Assembly (NCBI GenBank): GCA_963555825.3
Contig: CAUVXB020000002.1
Span: 3,424,001 to 3,488,000, forward strand
Reading direction: 5' to 3'
Length of the DNA stretch: 64,000 nucleotides
Source of the DNA: Alphaproteobacteria bacterium
GTDB taxonomy: Bacteria > Pseudomonadota > Alphaproteobacteria > JAAXGF01
A program made the translations under genes and the position numbers. The notes under the pieces are model-generated. The model was not told the origin of the DNA and searched no databases. It saw only the letters and a program-made list of their open reading frames with translations. Of the stretch, positions 1 through 10,268 are shown piece after piece. Position 1 is the stretch's first letter, and the number at the start of each line of letters is the position of its first letter.

Positions 1-195
1 CGAACTCAACCCCGTCGAGCGGGTTTGGCTCTACCTACGCGAACGCTTCCTATCGCTCCGCGTCCTCGACGACACCGAGGCCATCATCGACGCCTGTTGC
101 CAAGCATGGATCGACCTCATCGCAGAACCGGATCGTATGCGAACCCTCTGCGCCTATCCATGGATCATGAAGGTGATTTCATAGGCTCACTGGTA
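1..195 (+). mobile_element. IS630-family element (type A), 3' part only
   Basis: Same sequence as the 3' end of the copy at 16399-17573 (ELNPVERVW...YPWIMKVIS*, terminal GGCTCACTGGTA). Confidence 0.9.
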
Positions 196-445
196 TCAGA
201 CATCAATCAGGCCAGACTGCTGACAGCACGCTGTCACTAGACCCATGGTAGTTAGACCGACCTTGCTTAGGTGGAATCACCGCTGGGTTCCTGGTGAGGC
301 GTTCGCTCTTGGTGGAGGAGTCACGAGTTTGAATCGCGGATCAATGTTCAGAGAGCGCGCAAAATCAAGAGCTTGCAGGCCTGTATCCGGATAGGCGCCG
401 GGATGGCCCGCTCACGGGGCCTGTTCTCACCAACGAAGGAGAGGG

Positions 446-1939
446 GTGTTTATGACGAACGATAATGGAATCGCCGCGACACCAAGGAAGGGGGGGCGCA
501 TCAGACTCGGTCTGAACGGCGCCAGCGCCTCCGATTCGCTCGACCCCGGTCAGCTCACGGACACGTTCCCAGCCGAGGTGTCATTCGGTCAGACTCGCAA
601 CTGCTTGGTTGAGCTGAATACCGAACACGAAGCCGTCGGCGAACTGGCCGAGAACTGGGAATCTTCCAGTGCGGCAGACGTGTGGCATTTCAAGCTGCGT
701 AAAGGCATCGAGTTTCACAATGGCAAGAGCCTGACATCAGATGACGTGGTTTACACCATACAACAGCACCTTGGTGAAGACTCCAAGTCGGCGGTCAGCG
801 GTATTGTGAAGCCGGTGAAGAGCGTCAAGGCGGATGGCCCGAACGCGGTGGTGTTCGAGCTCGAAGCCGGCAACGCCGACTTCCCCTACATCCTAGGTGA
901 CTATCACCTGTCCATCGTTCCTGTTGGCACCACCGGCAAAGAATATGAAAAGAGCATCGGCACCGGCGGCTACATCTTGAAAGAGTGGGAGCCTGGCGTC
1001 CGCGCGTTCAATGTTCGCAACCCGAACTACTGGAAGGAAGGAAGAGCCCATTTTGACGAAGTCGAAACCTTTGCCATGAACGACGTTGGTGCCAGAACCG
1101 ACGCGCTCAAGGCCGGCACCATTGACGTCATGGATCACGTCAACCTCGAAACGGTAGACCTTCTGGAGAAGACTCCCAGTATCAATGTAATCAAGACCAC
1201 AGGGCTCCGCCATTACGCCATGTCGATGCGCACCGATCAGGCGCCGTTCGACGACAACCACGTTCGACTGGCGCTGAAACATGCGCTCGACCGGGATGCC
1301 ATTCTGGAGACAGTGCAACGCGGCCACGGCGTAATCGGCAATGACACCCCCATCGGTCCCGGCCATCGATACTTCGCCAAAGAAATCCCGCAACGTAAAT
1401 ACGATCCCGACAAGGCCAAATGGCATCTAGGTCAGGCTGGTTTGAGCGGCATGAAAGTCGATCTGACCACCGCCGGCGTGGCATTTGGTGGCGCCGTCGA
1501 TGCGGCGTTCCTGTACAAGGAGCACGCCGCCTCTGCCGGTATCGACATCAACGTCGTACAGTGCGTGCCCGACGACGGATACTGGAGCAAGGTGTGGATG
1601 AAGAATGGCTGGCGCATGTCATATTGGAGCGGGCACGTCACCGCGGACTGGATCTTGTCGACCGTTTACGCTGCCGGTTCGGCCTGGAACGAAACCTTCT
1701 GGAATCACGAGCGGTTCAACAAGCTGCTGGTGGTTGCACGGTCCGAGCAAAACGACAATCGGCGCCATGAAATGTACGTGGAGTTACAGCAAATCCTTCA
1801 CGATGAAGGCGGCGCGGTCATACCGCTGTTCGCAAGTCACCTCGCTGCCACCCGCGATAATGTGGCCATTCCTGATGAGTTGATTCCTGCCTGGGGCATG
1901 GACGGCGCCAAGGCTACCGAACGTTGGTGGTTTAGCTGA
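446..1939 (+). CDS. ABC transporter substrate-binding protein, family 5 (peptide/nickel type)
   Basis: 497 aa; LAENWE..WHFKLRKGIEFHNGK, GTGGY, RNPNYW, PFDDNHVRLALKHALDR motifs; GGAGAGG RBS; no obvious signal peptide. Confidence 0.85.
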   Translation: MFMTNDNGIAATPRKGGRIRLGLNGASASDSLDPGQLTDTFPAEVSFGQTRNCLVELNTEHEAVGELAENWESSSAADVWHFKLRKGIEFHNGKSLTSDDVVYTIQQHLGEDSKSAVSGIVKPVKSVKADGPNAVVFELEAGNADFPYILGDYHLSIVPVGTTGKEYEKSIGTGGYILKEWEPGVRAFNVRNPNYWKEGRAHFDEVETFAMNDVGARTDALKAGTIDVMDHVNLETVDLLEKTPSINVIKTTGLRHYAMSMRTDQAPFDDNHVRLALKHALDRDAILETVQRGHGVIGNDTPIGPGHRYFAKEIPQRKYDPDKAKWHLGQAGLSGMKVDLTTAGVAFGGAVDAAFLYKEHAASAGIDINVVQCVPDDGYWSKVWMKNGWRMSYWSGHVTADWILSTVYAAGSAWNETFWNHERFNKLLVVARSEQNDNRRHEMYVELQQILHDEGGAVIPLFASHLAATRDNVAIPDELIPAWGMDGAKATERWWFS

Positions 1940-2027
1940 GCTCAGGGGATAATCCCGAATCGTAATCCCTATCTGTAATCGAGTCCAAAAAACCAACCTC
2001 ATCTGCTTTTCGTACTAATTTGTGCAA

Positions 2028-2747
2028 CGGGCTGTCCTAGCTAAGGGCGTTTCTGTCTCAAAATAATCCATGTCTTCAATTGGTTAAGCAGTTCTCGGTG
2101 GTCACCTCCGTTGAACCGCCATTCGCACTCCTTGAGGAACAGGTGAAAGCTCTGTTTCGGGACGCCATTGAAGCGCCGTAAATGCCGCTTCGCCTGGTTC
2201 CAGAAGTTCTCGATCCCGTTGATATGGCTCCGCTCGTCGACGAACCGCTCCGAGTGATTGATCCGAACATGGTGGAAGTCCGAAACGTCCAGGGCATCAT
2301 AGCTCGAAAAGCCGTCCGTATAGACGATGCTGTCAGGCCGGATCATACGCTCCATAATCGGCATCAACGTGGCAGTCCGGGCATTGGGAATCATCGCCGT
2401 GTAGACCTTCCCACCTCGCTTCAAAAGCCCGAAAACCGGGACTTTTCCGCCAGCGCCTCGACCCCGCTTGCCTTTGCGGCGGCCGCCAAAATAACTCTCA
2501 TCAACCTCGATCTCTCCGGCAAAAGGCGAGGCCTTCTCCATTTCCTCGGCAATCACCTTGCGAAGCCGAGTATAAAACGAGGCCGCCGTGTTCCGGTGGA
2601 CGCCAACCAGTTCGGCTGCTGCCCGAGCCGTCGTACCCGCAACGAAGTGCTCAATCAGACGACCGCGCTTCCAATCACTGAGCCGGCTTTTCCTCTCGTA
2701 CATCCCGCCATCCTAGCCTAAGCATGCCGCTTAGCTAGGACAGCCCC
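2028..2747 (-). mobile_element. IS1595-family element, copy 1 (720 bp)
   Basis: TIR GGGCTGTCCTAGCTAAG at both ends; 8-bp TSD TTGTGCAA (2020-2027, 2748-2755). Confidence 0.93.
2041..2703 (-). CDS. IS1595-family transposase
   Basis: 220 aa; EVDESYFGG, VYTDG..SY, HINGIENFW, LKECEWRFN motifs. Confidence 0.93.
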   Translation of the reverse strand: MYERKSRLSDWKRGRLIEHFVAGTTARAAAELVGVHRNTAASFYTRLRKVIAEEMEKASPFAGEIEVDESYFGGRRKGKRGRGAGGKVPVFGLLKRGGKVYTAMIPNARTATLMPIMERMIRPDSIVYTDGFSSYDALDVSDFHHVRINHSERFVDERSHINGIENFWNQAKRHLRRFNGVPKQSFHLFLKECEWRFNGGDHRELLNQLKTWIILRQKRP

Positions 2748-3626
2748 TTGTGCAATATCTCTGGCGGCATGTGCAAACACAGCGGTGAGGACGATGCCGC
2801 CGCCAACGAAGCTTGCAAGCGGCGGTAGCTCTGCAAGCAGCAACCAAGCGAGCAGAATCGCAAATGGCGTTTCCGCGGCGCCGAGAAGGCCGGCCTCCGC
2901 CGCCGGGATCAGTCTTGTACCTTCCGTCCACAGCACGACCGCGAGGGCCCAAGAAATGCCGAATAAGGTCAAGAGTACCGCGTCCTGTTGTGATACCGCG
3001 AGGGGATCGACAACGAACCAGCCAACGAGGAACAGTTGGAATGCCGACACGCCGCCCGCCAGGACCACTGGACTGTCTCGAAACACGCGGATCAGCACCA
3101 TGTAGAGCGCGTTGCCCAATGTCATGAAGAGCGCAACGGCGTCACCCACCAGTTTGCCAGAAGCGGGTCCTCCCGCAACGAGGATGACCACCCCTAAGAG
3201 CGAAAAGGCGGTAGTAACTGCCGTTCGCCGCTGAAATCGCTCGCGAAGTAGCCACCAAGCGAGGCCTGCCGCCATGAACGGAACCGTGGCATAGATCACC
3301 GCAACATTCGCAATATACGTCAATTTGAAAGCGAAGATGAACGCCAAGCTCGCCACGCTGCCGACACACGCGAGGAGCCATCCTCGCCAGCCCAAGCGGA
3401 ACGATTCACGCGGGGGTTTGGCACGGCCCAACCACGCGACGTAAAGCGCGATCAACATTCCGCCCAGGAGTCCGCGCCAACAAGCTATCGTCCACGCGTC
3501 CGCTGCAATCGATTTCGTCAGAACACCCGCAAGGCTGAATGCGAGCGCGGAGGCGACCACAAGAAGAACGCCCAACAGATGTCCGTCGCGACGGCCGGCT
3601 GGTTTGCCCAAATCGGCCTCCTCCAC
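2718..3626 (-). CDS. DMT/EamA family transporter (C-terminus replaced by IS-derived residues)
   Basis: 302 aa, about 10 hydrophobic segments in two EamA-like repeats; last 9 codons lie inside the IS1595. Confidence 0.85.
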   Translation of the reverse strand: MEEADLGKPAGRRDGHLLGVLLVVASALAFSLAGVLTKSIAADAWTIACWRGLLGGMLIALYVAWLGRAKPPRESFRLGWRGWLLACVGSVASLAFIFAFKLTYIANVAVIYATVPFMAAGLAWWLLRERFQRRTAVTTAFSLLGVVILVAGGPASGKLVGDAVALFMTLGNALYMVLIRVFRDSPVVLAGGVSAFQLFLVGWFVVDPLAVSQQDAVLLTLFGISWALAVVLWTEGTRLIPAAEAGLLGAAETPFAILLAWLLLAELPPLASFVGGGIVLTAVFAHAARDIAQGAVLAKRHA

Positions 3627-3712
3627 TGGCTGCGGTCCGCCATCATAGGGGGAGGTTGCTGACAGCTATGTGTCAGCAGTGATGCTATACTCGACCACAA
3701 GGAGGCCTCGCA

Positions 3713-4396
3713 TTGAGCCGGTCCGTCCGCATGTTCGAGATCATTCAGCTGCTCAGGAGCGCCGAGGCGCCCCTGACCGCAAGCGCCATTGCGAGCGTGC
3801 TCGAAGTGACGAAGCGGACCATCTATCGCGACATTGCCGCGCTGCAAGCCACGCGCGTGCCGATCGAGGGGGAGGCCGGTGTCGGCTACGTGATGCGCCC
3901 AGGATTCGACCTGCCTCCGCTGATGTTCACGGCCGAGGAAGTCGAGGCGATTGTCGTCGGCTTGGCGCTTCTTGGGCGAACCGGGGACGCTGGTCTTCAG
4001 TCAGCGGCGGCAAGCGCCGGCCAGAAGATCGGCGCGGTTCTCCCCGGCGATGGCGAGCCCGATCTCAAGGGTTGGCCGTTCTACGCCTCGAGCTGGAATG
4101 CCATTCCTCAGTCGCGCGTCGATCTGCGGGTTTTCCGCAGAGCCGTTCGCGAGGAGGAAAAGGTCCGGCTCACCTATTCAAACGCTGATGGCAAGCGCAC
4201 GCAACGCACAGTCCTGCCGATCGCGCTTCTTTACTACATCGAGGTCGTCGTGCTAGCGGCTTGGTGCGAGCTCAGGTCCGACTTCAGGCACTTCCGCATC
4301 GACCGAATCGTCGATTGCAAGCCCATCGGCGAGCGGTTCGCTGGAGAGGGCAAGTTTCTCAGGGCGAAATGGCAAGAGCAACATCGTCTGCCCTGA
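3713..4396 (+). CDS. YafY-like HTH + WYL domain transcriptional regulator
   Basis: EVTKRTIYRDIAAL HTH, GEAGVGY, LPPLMFT, AWCELRSDFRHFRIDRI; divergent from the DMT gene. Confidence 0.92.
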   Translation: MSRSVRMFEIIQLLRSAEAPLTASAIASVLEVTKRTIYRDIAALQATRVPIEGEAGVGYVMRPGFDLPPLMFTAEEVEAIVVGLALLGRTGDAGLQSAAASAGQKIGAVLPGDGEPDLKGWPFYASSWNAIPQSRVDLRVFRRAVREEEKVRLTYSNADGKRTQRTVLPIALLYYIEVVVLAAWCELRSDFRHFRIDRIVDCKPIGERFAGEGKFLRAKWQEQHRLP

Positions 4397-4681
4397 TCGG
4401 TCCCGGATTCTCAATGTCGGTTTGGGTTCATGAACGGCCGTAGCGCTGCGCGTGCGTCGAGATCCGCCGTCGGGCGCGAAGAAAACATGAACCGCTGAAT
4501 GGCCGACATGCCGGGCGTCGGCCCGGCGGAATTTCAGACCGGGACACAACCCCGACCTCGGCATGCTTGCAATTGCACGGGGCGGTCGCTATAAGGCGGC
4601 TTCGAATTCGAGTGGTGCGGCCGACGGCATGCCCAGCTGCTCAAAACGACACCTGGCAACCGCCAAACCAAGGACAGGAAA

Positions 4682-4879
4682 ATGCCGAAGCTCAAGACCA
4701 AGAGCAGCGCCAAGAAGCGCTTCTCGTTCACGGCCACCGGCAAACTTCGCAAGAACTACGCCGGCAAGAACCACTTTATGCGGCGGCGTTCGCAGAAGGT
4801 CATCCGCAACACGCGCGGCACCAGCCTCGTGTCCCGCGTCGATGCGCGCATCATCAAAAAATTTCTTCCCTACGGCTAA
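4682..4879 (+). CDS. rpmI: 50S ribosomal protein L35
   Basis: [14 protein letters not shown]...FLPYG, 65 aa, upstream of rplT. Confidence 0.97.
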   Translation: MPKLKTKSSAKKRFSFTATGKLRKNYAGKNHFMRRRSQKVIRNTRGTSLVSRVDARIIKKFLPYG

Positions 4880-4891
4880 GGAGAGCGATCG

Positions 4892-5257
4892 ATGGCTCGA
4901 GTAAGCCGGGGCGTCACCGCCCATGCCCGTCACAGGAAGGTCGTCAAGCTCGCCAAGGGCTACCGCGGCCGCAGCAACAACTGCTTCCGCCTGGCGCTCG
5001 GCCGGGTCGAGAAGGCGCTGCAATACGCCTATCGCGACCGGCGCACGCGCAAGCGCAACTTCCGTTCGCTGTGGATCCAGCGCATCAACGCAGGCGCGCG
5101 CGAGCGCGGCCTGACATACGCGCGCTTCATGCACGGCCTCAGCCGCGCCGGCGTCGGCATCGACCGCAAGGTGCTCGCCGACCTCGCGGTGCGCGAGCCG
5201 GAGTCGTTTAGCGCGCTCGTCGAAAAGGCGCGATCGGCGCTCGCCGACGCGGCCTGA
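4892..5257 (+). CDS. rplT: 50S ribosomal protein L20
   Basis: [41 protein letters not shown]. Confidence 0.98.
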   Translation: MARVSRGVTAHARHRKVVKLAKGYRGRSNNCFRLALGRVEKALQYAYRDRRTRKRNFRSLWIQRINAGARERGLTYARFMHGLSRAGVGIDRKVLADLAVREPESFSALVEKARSALADAA

Positions 5258-5279
5258 CGGGGCCACATCTCGACGATAC

Positions 5280-5317
5280 GAGGAGGGGCCTCCCACATGA
5301 GAGGCCCCTTCTTCTTT
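5280..5317 (+). terminator. Putative intrinsic terminator between rplT and pheS
   Basis: GAGGGGCCTC / GAGGCCCCTT stem, 8-nt loop, followed by CTTCTTT. Confidence 0.5.
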
Positions 5318-5342
5318 GGCAGAAGGGGGTGAACGAAACGAC

Positions 5343-6419
5343 ATGGAAGACGCCGACCGACTGCGCGACAGGCTGCTCGCCGAAGTCGCCGAGGCGACCG
5401 ACCTCGACGGGCTCGAGCGCGCGCGTGTCGCCGCGCTCGGCAAGAAGGGCGTTCTCACCCAGCACATGAAGGGCCTGCGCGAGCTGGCGCCCGACGCGCG
5501 CAAGGCTGCCGGCGCGGCGCTAAATGCGGTCAAGGACGCGGTCGTGGCGGCGATCGAGGCGCGCAAGACCGCGCTCACGTCGGCGGCGATCGATGCGCGG
5601 CTGGCCAGCGAGAGCCTCGACGTCACGCTGAGCGCGCCACCCGAAGCCGAAGGCCGCGTCCATCCGGTCAGCCAGGTGCTCGACGAGATCGTCGAGATCT
5701 TCGCCGACATGGGTTTCGCGCTGGCCGAGGGGCCGCATATCGAGGACGACTTCCACAACTTCACGGCGCTCAACATCCCGCCCGAGCACCCGGCGCGCCA
5801 GGAGCACGACACCTTTTATTTCAATCCAGGCGCCGACGGCGTGCGCAAGCTGTTGCGCACCCACACCTCGCCGGTCCAGATCCGCTATCTCAAGGCCAAC
5901 CCGCCGCCGGTGCGGATCATCGCGCCGGGCCGCACCTATCGCTGCGATTCGGACCAGACGCACACGCCGATGTTCCACCAGGTCGAGGGGTTGGTGGTCG
6001 ACCGCACGACGCATATGGGACACCTCAAGGGCTGCCTGCACGATTTTGTGCGCGCCTTCTTCGAGGTCGACGACCTGCCGGTGCGCTTCCGGCCGAGCTA
6101 CTTCCCGTTCACCTCGCCATCGGCCGAGATGGACATCGGCTGCACGCGCGATGGCGGCGAACTCAAGATCGGCGCCGGCGACTCCTGGCTCGAGATCCTC
6201 GGCTGCGGCATGGTGCACCCCAACGTGCTGGCCAACTGCGGCGTCGATCCGGCCGAGTATCAGGGCTTCGCCTTCGGCGTCGGCATCGACCGCATCGCCA
6301 TGCTGAAGTACGGCATCGCCGACCTGCGCAGCTTCTTCGACGCCGATCTGCGCTGGCTCAGGCACTACGGTTTCGCCGCGCTGGATACGCCGACGCTGGG
6401 CGGGGGGCTGACGCGATGA
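5343..6419 (+). CDS. pheS: Phenylalanine--tRNA ligase alpha subunit
   Basis: [42 protein letters not shown]; ATG at 5343 preferred over TTG at 5316. Confidence 0.98.
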   Translation: MEDADRLRDRLLAEVAEATDLDGLERARVAALGKKGVLTQHMKGLRELAPDARKAAGAALNAVKDAVVAAIEARKTALTSAAIDARLASESLDVTLSAPPEAEGRVHPVSQVLDEIVEIFADMGFALAEGPHIEDDFHNFTALNIPPEHPARQEHDTFYFNPGADGVRKLLRTHTSPVQIRYLKANPPPVRIIAPGRTYRCDSDQTHTPMFHQVEGLVVDRTTHMGHLKGCLHDFVRAFFEVDDLPVRFRPSYFPFTSPSAEMDIGCTRDGGELKIGAGDSWLEILGCGMVHPNVLANCGVDPAEYQGFAFGVGIDRIAMLKYGIADLRSFFDADLRWLRHYGFAALDTPTLGGGLTR

Positions 6420-8806
6420 AGCTCACGCTTTCGTGGCTCAAGAACCATCTCGAGACCGAGGCGACGCTCGACGAGATCGTCGCCCGCCTCACCGCGCTCG
6501 GCCTCGAGGTCGAGGACGTGGTTGACCCGGGCGCGGCGCTTGCCGCCTTCACCGTCGGCTATGTCATTGAGGCGACGCGGCATCCCAACGCCGACAAGCT
6601 TTCGGTCTGCCGGGTCGACACCGGCGCCGGCGAGGTCCAGGTGGTGTGCGGCGCGCCCAACGCGCGGGGTGGCATGAAAGGCGTCTTCGCTGCCTCGGGA
6701 CTGACCGTCCCGGGTACCGGCCTCAAGCTCAAGAAGTCGGTCATCCGCGACGTCGAGAGCAACGGCATGCTGCTGTCCGAGCGCGAGCTGGGCCTTTCGG
6801 ACGAGCACGACACGATCATCGAGCTGGCCGACGACGCACCACTCGGCGCGCCCGTCGCGCCGCTGATGGGCCTCGACGATCCGATGATCGACATCGCCAT
6901 CACACCCGACCGGGGCGACTGCCTGGGCGTGCGCGGCATTGCCCGCGACCTGGCGGCGGCCGGCATTGGCGGGCTGGCGCCGCTCGACGACGCGGCGATC
7001 GCCGGCGGCTTCGAGAGCCCGGTCGCCGTCCATCTCGAATTCGACGCCGAGACTGCGGATGCCTGCCCGGCCTTCGTCGGCCGCTACTTCCGCGGGCTCA
7101 CCAACGGGCCGAGCCCGAAATGGCTGCGCGACCGGCTGATCGCGGTGGGTTTAAGGCCGATCTCGGCGCTGGTCGACATCACCAACTGGCTGACCCTCGA
7201 CTTGGGCCGCCCGGCGCATGTCTTCGACGCCGGCAAGCTCGCGGGCGACGTCCGCGTGCGTCTGGCGCGCGACGGCGAGCGCATGGCGGCGCTCGACGAC
7301 CGCGAATACCAACTCAACGATCAGGTCACGGCGATCGCCGACGACAGCGGCGTCATCGGGCTCGGCGGCGTGATCGGCGGCACGGCGACCGGCTGTACCG
7401 CCGACACCACTGAGGTGCTGCTCGAGATCGCCTGTTTCGACCAACTGCGCACGGCGAAGACCGGCCGCACGCTGGGCATCGAGAGCGACGCGCGCTATCG
7501 CTTCGAGCGCGGCACCGACCCGGCTTTCATGCGGCCCGGCGCCGAGATCGCGACGCGGCTGATCCTCGAGCTGTGCGGCGGCGAGGCGAGCGAGGTCTTC
7601 GTCGCCGGCGAGATTCCCGCGGCGCGCCGCCGGCTGCCGTTCCGCACCGAGCGCGTCGAGAGCCTGGGCGGCATCGCGCTCGACGCCACGGCCTGCTACG
7701 ACATCCTCGGCCGGCTCGGCTTCGAGATCGACGGCGAGCACGTCACTGTGCCGAGCTGGCGTCACGACATCGAGGTCGAGCCCGACGTCGTCGAGGAGGT
7801 GCTGCGGGTCTACGGCTTCGACCGCATCCCCGAAGTCTCGATGCCGCGCGAGCACGGCGTCGCCGCGCCGGTGCTGACGACCGCCCAGCGCCGCGTCGGC
7901 TGGACCAAGCGGGCGCTGGCGGCGCGCGGCCTGGCCGAGGCGGTCACCTGGTCGTTCCTGCCGGCGGCGCAGGCCGAGGCGTTCGGCGGCGGCGGCGGCG
8001 ATCTCAAGCTGGCCAATCCGATCTCAGCCGAATTGACCGACATGCGGCCCAGCCTGATCGCCAACCTGATCGCCGCGGCGGGGCGCAACATCGACCGCGG
8101 CTTCAACCGCGTCGCGCTGTTCGAGGTCGGCCAGACCTATGCCGACGACACGCCCGACGGCCAACACATCGCGGCCGGCGTGGTGCGCGCCGGCGCGTCC
8201 GCCCCGCGCCACTGGCGCGATGCGCCGCGCCCGGTCGACGCCTTCGACGCCAAGGCCGACGCGCTCGCCGTGATCGCCGCCTGTGGCGGCCCGGCGGCCA
8301 AGGTCCAGGTCGGCGCGCCGGGGCCTGAGTGGTACCACCCGGGCCGTTCGGGCACGCTCAGGCTCGGCCCCACCGTGCTGGCCCATTTCGGCGAGCTGCA
8401 CCCGCGCGTCGCGGCCGACTTCGACGTCGGCGGCCCGCTGGTCGCCTGCGAGGTCATGCTCGACGCCATCCCGGCGCCCAAGGCCAAGACGACGCGCGCC
8501 AAGCCGCCGGTCACGCTGTCGCCGTTTCAGTCGCTGCGCCGCGACTTCGCCTTCGTCGTCGATGCGGGCGTGCGCGCCGACGACCTGGCGCGCGCCGCGC
8601 GGGGCGCCGACAAGGCGCTGATCGCAGCCGTTCGGCTGTTCGACTCCTATGAAGGATCCGAGCTGGGCGACGGCAAGCGCTCGCTCGCCATCGAGGTCAC
8701 CCTGCAGCCGACCGAGCGCACGCTGACCGACGCCGACATCGAGGCTGTCTCGAAGAAGATCACCGCCGCGGTCGAAAAAGCGACGGGGGGCGTGCTGAGG
8801 GGGTAG
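6416..8806 (+). CDS. pheT: Phenylalanine--tRNA ligase beta subunit
   Basis: 796 aa; [42 protein letters not shown]-terminal anticodon-binding domain; ATGA overlap with pheS. Confidence 0.98.
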   Translation: MKLTLSWLKNHLETEATLDEIVARLTALGLEVEDVVDPGAALAAFTVGYVIEATRHPNADKLSVCRVDTGAGEVQVVCGAPNARGGMKGVFAASGLTVPGTGLKLKKSVIRDVESNGMLLSERELGLSDEHDTIIELADDAPLGAPVAPLMGLDDPMIDIAITPDRGDCLGVRGIARDLAAAGIGGLAPLDDAAIAGGFESPVAVHLEFDAETADACPAFVGRYFRGLTNGPSPKWLRDRLIAVGLRPISALVDITNWLTLDLGRPAHVFDAGKLAGDVRVRLARDGERMAALDDREYQLNDQVTAIADDSGVIGLGGVIGGTATGCTADTTEVLLEIACFDQLRTAKTGRTLGIESDARYRFERGTDPAFMRPGAEIATRLILELCGGEASEVFVAGEIPAARRRLPFRTERVESLGGIALDATACYDILGRLGFEIDGEHVTVPSWRHDIEVEPDVVEEVLRVYGFDRIPEVSMPREHGVAAPVLTTAQRRVGWTKRALAARGLAEAVTWSFLPAAQAEAFGGGGGDLKLANPISAELTDMRPSLIANLIAAAGRNIDRGFNRVALFEVGQTYADDTPDGQHIAAGVVRAGASAPRHWRDAPRPVDAFDAKADALAVIAACGGPAAKVQVGAPGPEWYHPGRSGTLRLGPTVLAHFGELHPRVAADFDVGGPLVACEVMLDAIPAPKAKTTRAKPPVTLSPFQSLRRDFAFVVDAGVRADDLARAARGADKALIAAVRLFDSYEGSELGDGKRSLAIEVTLQPTERTLTDADIEAVSKKITAAVEKATGGVLRG

Positions 8807-8938
8807 CGACTTACATTGCCTCTAGGAACGGCAACGCATAGTGCTTATACGTTTGCAACTGGCACGTGATTACGAAATTCGACCCAGTATTGAACGTACT
8901 AGGACTGAATCGGCTCAACAGCTATACTTAACCGGATC

Positions 8939-9622
8939 ATGCTCGAACGGAACACAAATGTAGGCGCGCCGGCTCGCGGACTACCTGGGTACAGCCCGGG
9001 TGAGGTGGCGCATTACATTGTTGTCCCCGTCTCTACCGTGAGGTATTGGTGTTTGGGTCGCGAGCAATATGCCTCTCTGATTAAACCGGCACAACCAAGC
9101 CCGCTCCTGTTGTCGTTTATCAATCTGGTTGAGTTACACGTTCTCGGCGCCATACGCCGCAAGCACCGGATATCCATGCCCAACGTTCGAACGGCGCTTA
9201 AATTCGTCGAGAAGAAGATGGATGTATCGCAGCCGCTTGCAAACCATCGTTTCCAGACCGACGGCGTGAGCCTGTTCGTTGAGCACCTTGGCCAGCTCAT
9301 TAATGCCCGCCAACAGGGGCAGATGGGCATGCGTGCGATTCTTGAAGATGCGCTCATCCGGATCGAATGGGATGATCGAGATTTGCCGATTCGTCTTTTC
9401 CCATATACGCGCAAGGCCACCTCAAAGACGTCGAAGCTTATCGTTATCGATCCCGAAGTGTGCGGCGGACGGGCAGTGATCGACCAAACACGAATCGCTG
9501 TCGAAGTTGTTGCAGAGCGCTTCAAGGCTGGTGACTCGATTCAGGACCTCGTATCGGACTATGGCTGTGGGCCAGAAGCGATCCAAGAAGCGATCCGGTG
9601 CGAACTTCCAATCGCCGCCTGA
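8939..9622 (+). CDS. DUF433-domain antitoxin (VapB45-like)
   Basis: N-terminal HTH, LSFINLVELHVL, C-terminal DUF433 (IDPEVCGGRAVI...AGDSIQDLVSDY); lower GC than flanks. Confidence 0.8.
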   Translation: MLERNTNVGAPARGLPGYSPGEVAHYIVVPVSTVRYWCLGREQYASLIKPAQPSPLLLSFINLVELHVLGAIRRKHRISMPNVRTALKFVEKKMDVSQPLANHRFQTDGVSLFVEHLGQLINARQQGQMGMRAILEDALIRIEWDDRDLPIRLFPYTRKATSKTSKLIVIDPEVCGGRAVIDQTRIAVEVVAERFKAGDSIQDLVSDYGCGPEAIQEAIRCELPIAA

Positions 9623-10019
9623 ATCGCTGGTAATATTCCTTGATGAATGTGTCGGCGGGCACCGCATCGCCAAATTGCTGCGTGCACACGGCCATGAAGT
9701 TCGAATTCCCAGCGAACCAGGAAGTGTTCCAAAAGGTCTCCCCGATTCCGAATGGACGCAACAGATCGCGGACCGCGGCTGGGTAGCCGTCACGCGAGAC
9801 AAGAGAATCCAAAACCGCACCGCAGAGAAACAAGCGGTGGCACAAGCGAAACTTGCGCTTTTCGTCCTTCGTACTTCCGGCAGCCTCAATGGCGCCGAAA
9901 TCGTGGAAATTATTGATCAGGCAGTGCCGCGAATGGTGAAATATTTGAGTGATAACGAACCGCCATTCATCGCAGGAATCTATCGTGAAGGTCGCGTAAA
10001 ACTACGAGAGCAACTTTGA
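9561..10019 (+). CDS. PIN-like toxin (VapC45-like)
   Basis: IFLDECVG, DSEW, GWVAVTRDKRI motifs; overlaps the 3' end of the DUF433 gene; start codon uncertain. Confidence 0.75.
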   Translation: MAVGQKRSKKRSGANFQSPPESLVIFLDECVGGHRIAKLLRAHGHEVRIPSEPGSVPKGLPDSEWTQQIADRGWVAVTRDKRIQNRTAEKQAVAQAKLALFVLRTSGSLNGAEIVEIIDQAVPRMVKYLSDNEPPFIAGIYREGRVKLREQL

Positions 10020-10237
10020 AATTAGCGATGGATCGGGTGAGTGCGATGAGGAAGCGATTTAGGGCAAGCCTGTGGCGAGAGGATGACTGGGTCGTCGCCC
10101 AGTGCCTCGACGTCGATGTCGCCAGCCAGGGACACGGCGCAGACGAGGCGCTGGAGAACCTGAAGGAAGCCTTGGAGCTTCACCTCGAGGCGCCTAGCGC
10201 CGCCGACGCACCGAGCATTCGGCCCACAAGGCGCTAA
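10016..10237 (+). CDS. Short HicB-like antitoxin, no partner HicA
   Basis: REDDWVVAQCLDVDVASQG..EALENLKEALELHLE. Confidence 0.7.
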   Translation: MKLAMDRVSAMRKRFRASLWREDDWVVAQCLDVDVASQGHGADEALENLKEALELHLEAPSAADAPSIRPTRR

Positions 10238-10268
10238 GGGGTAGGTTCCGAAAGGAAGCGAGACGACG

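Noticed and set aside
5258-5342. pheM-type attenuator leader
   Set aside because: A hairpin is present but there is no Phe-rich leader ORF.
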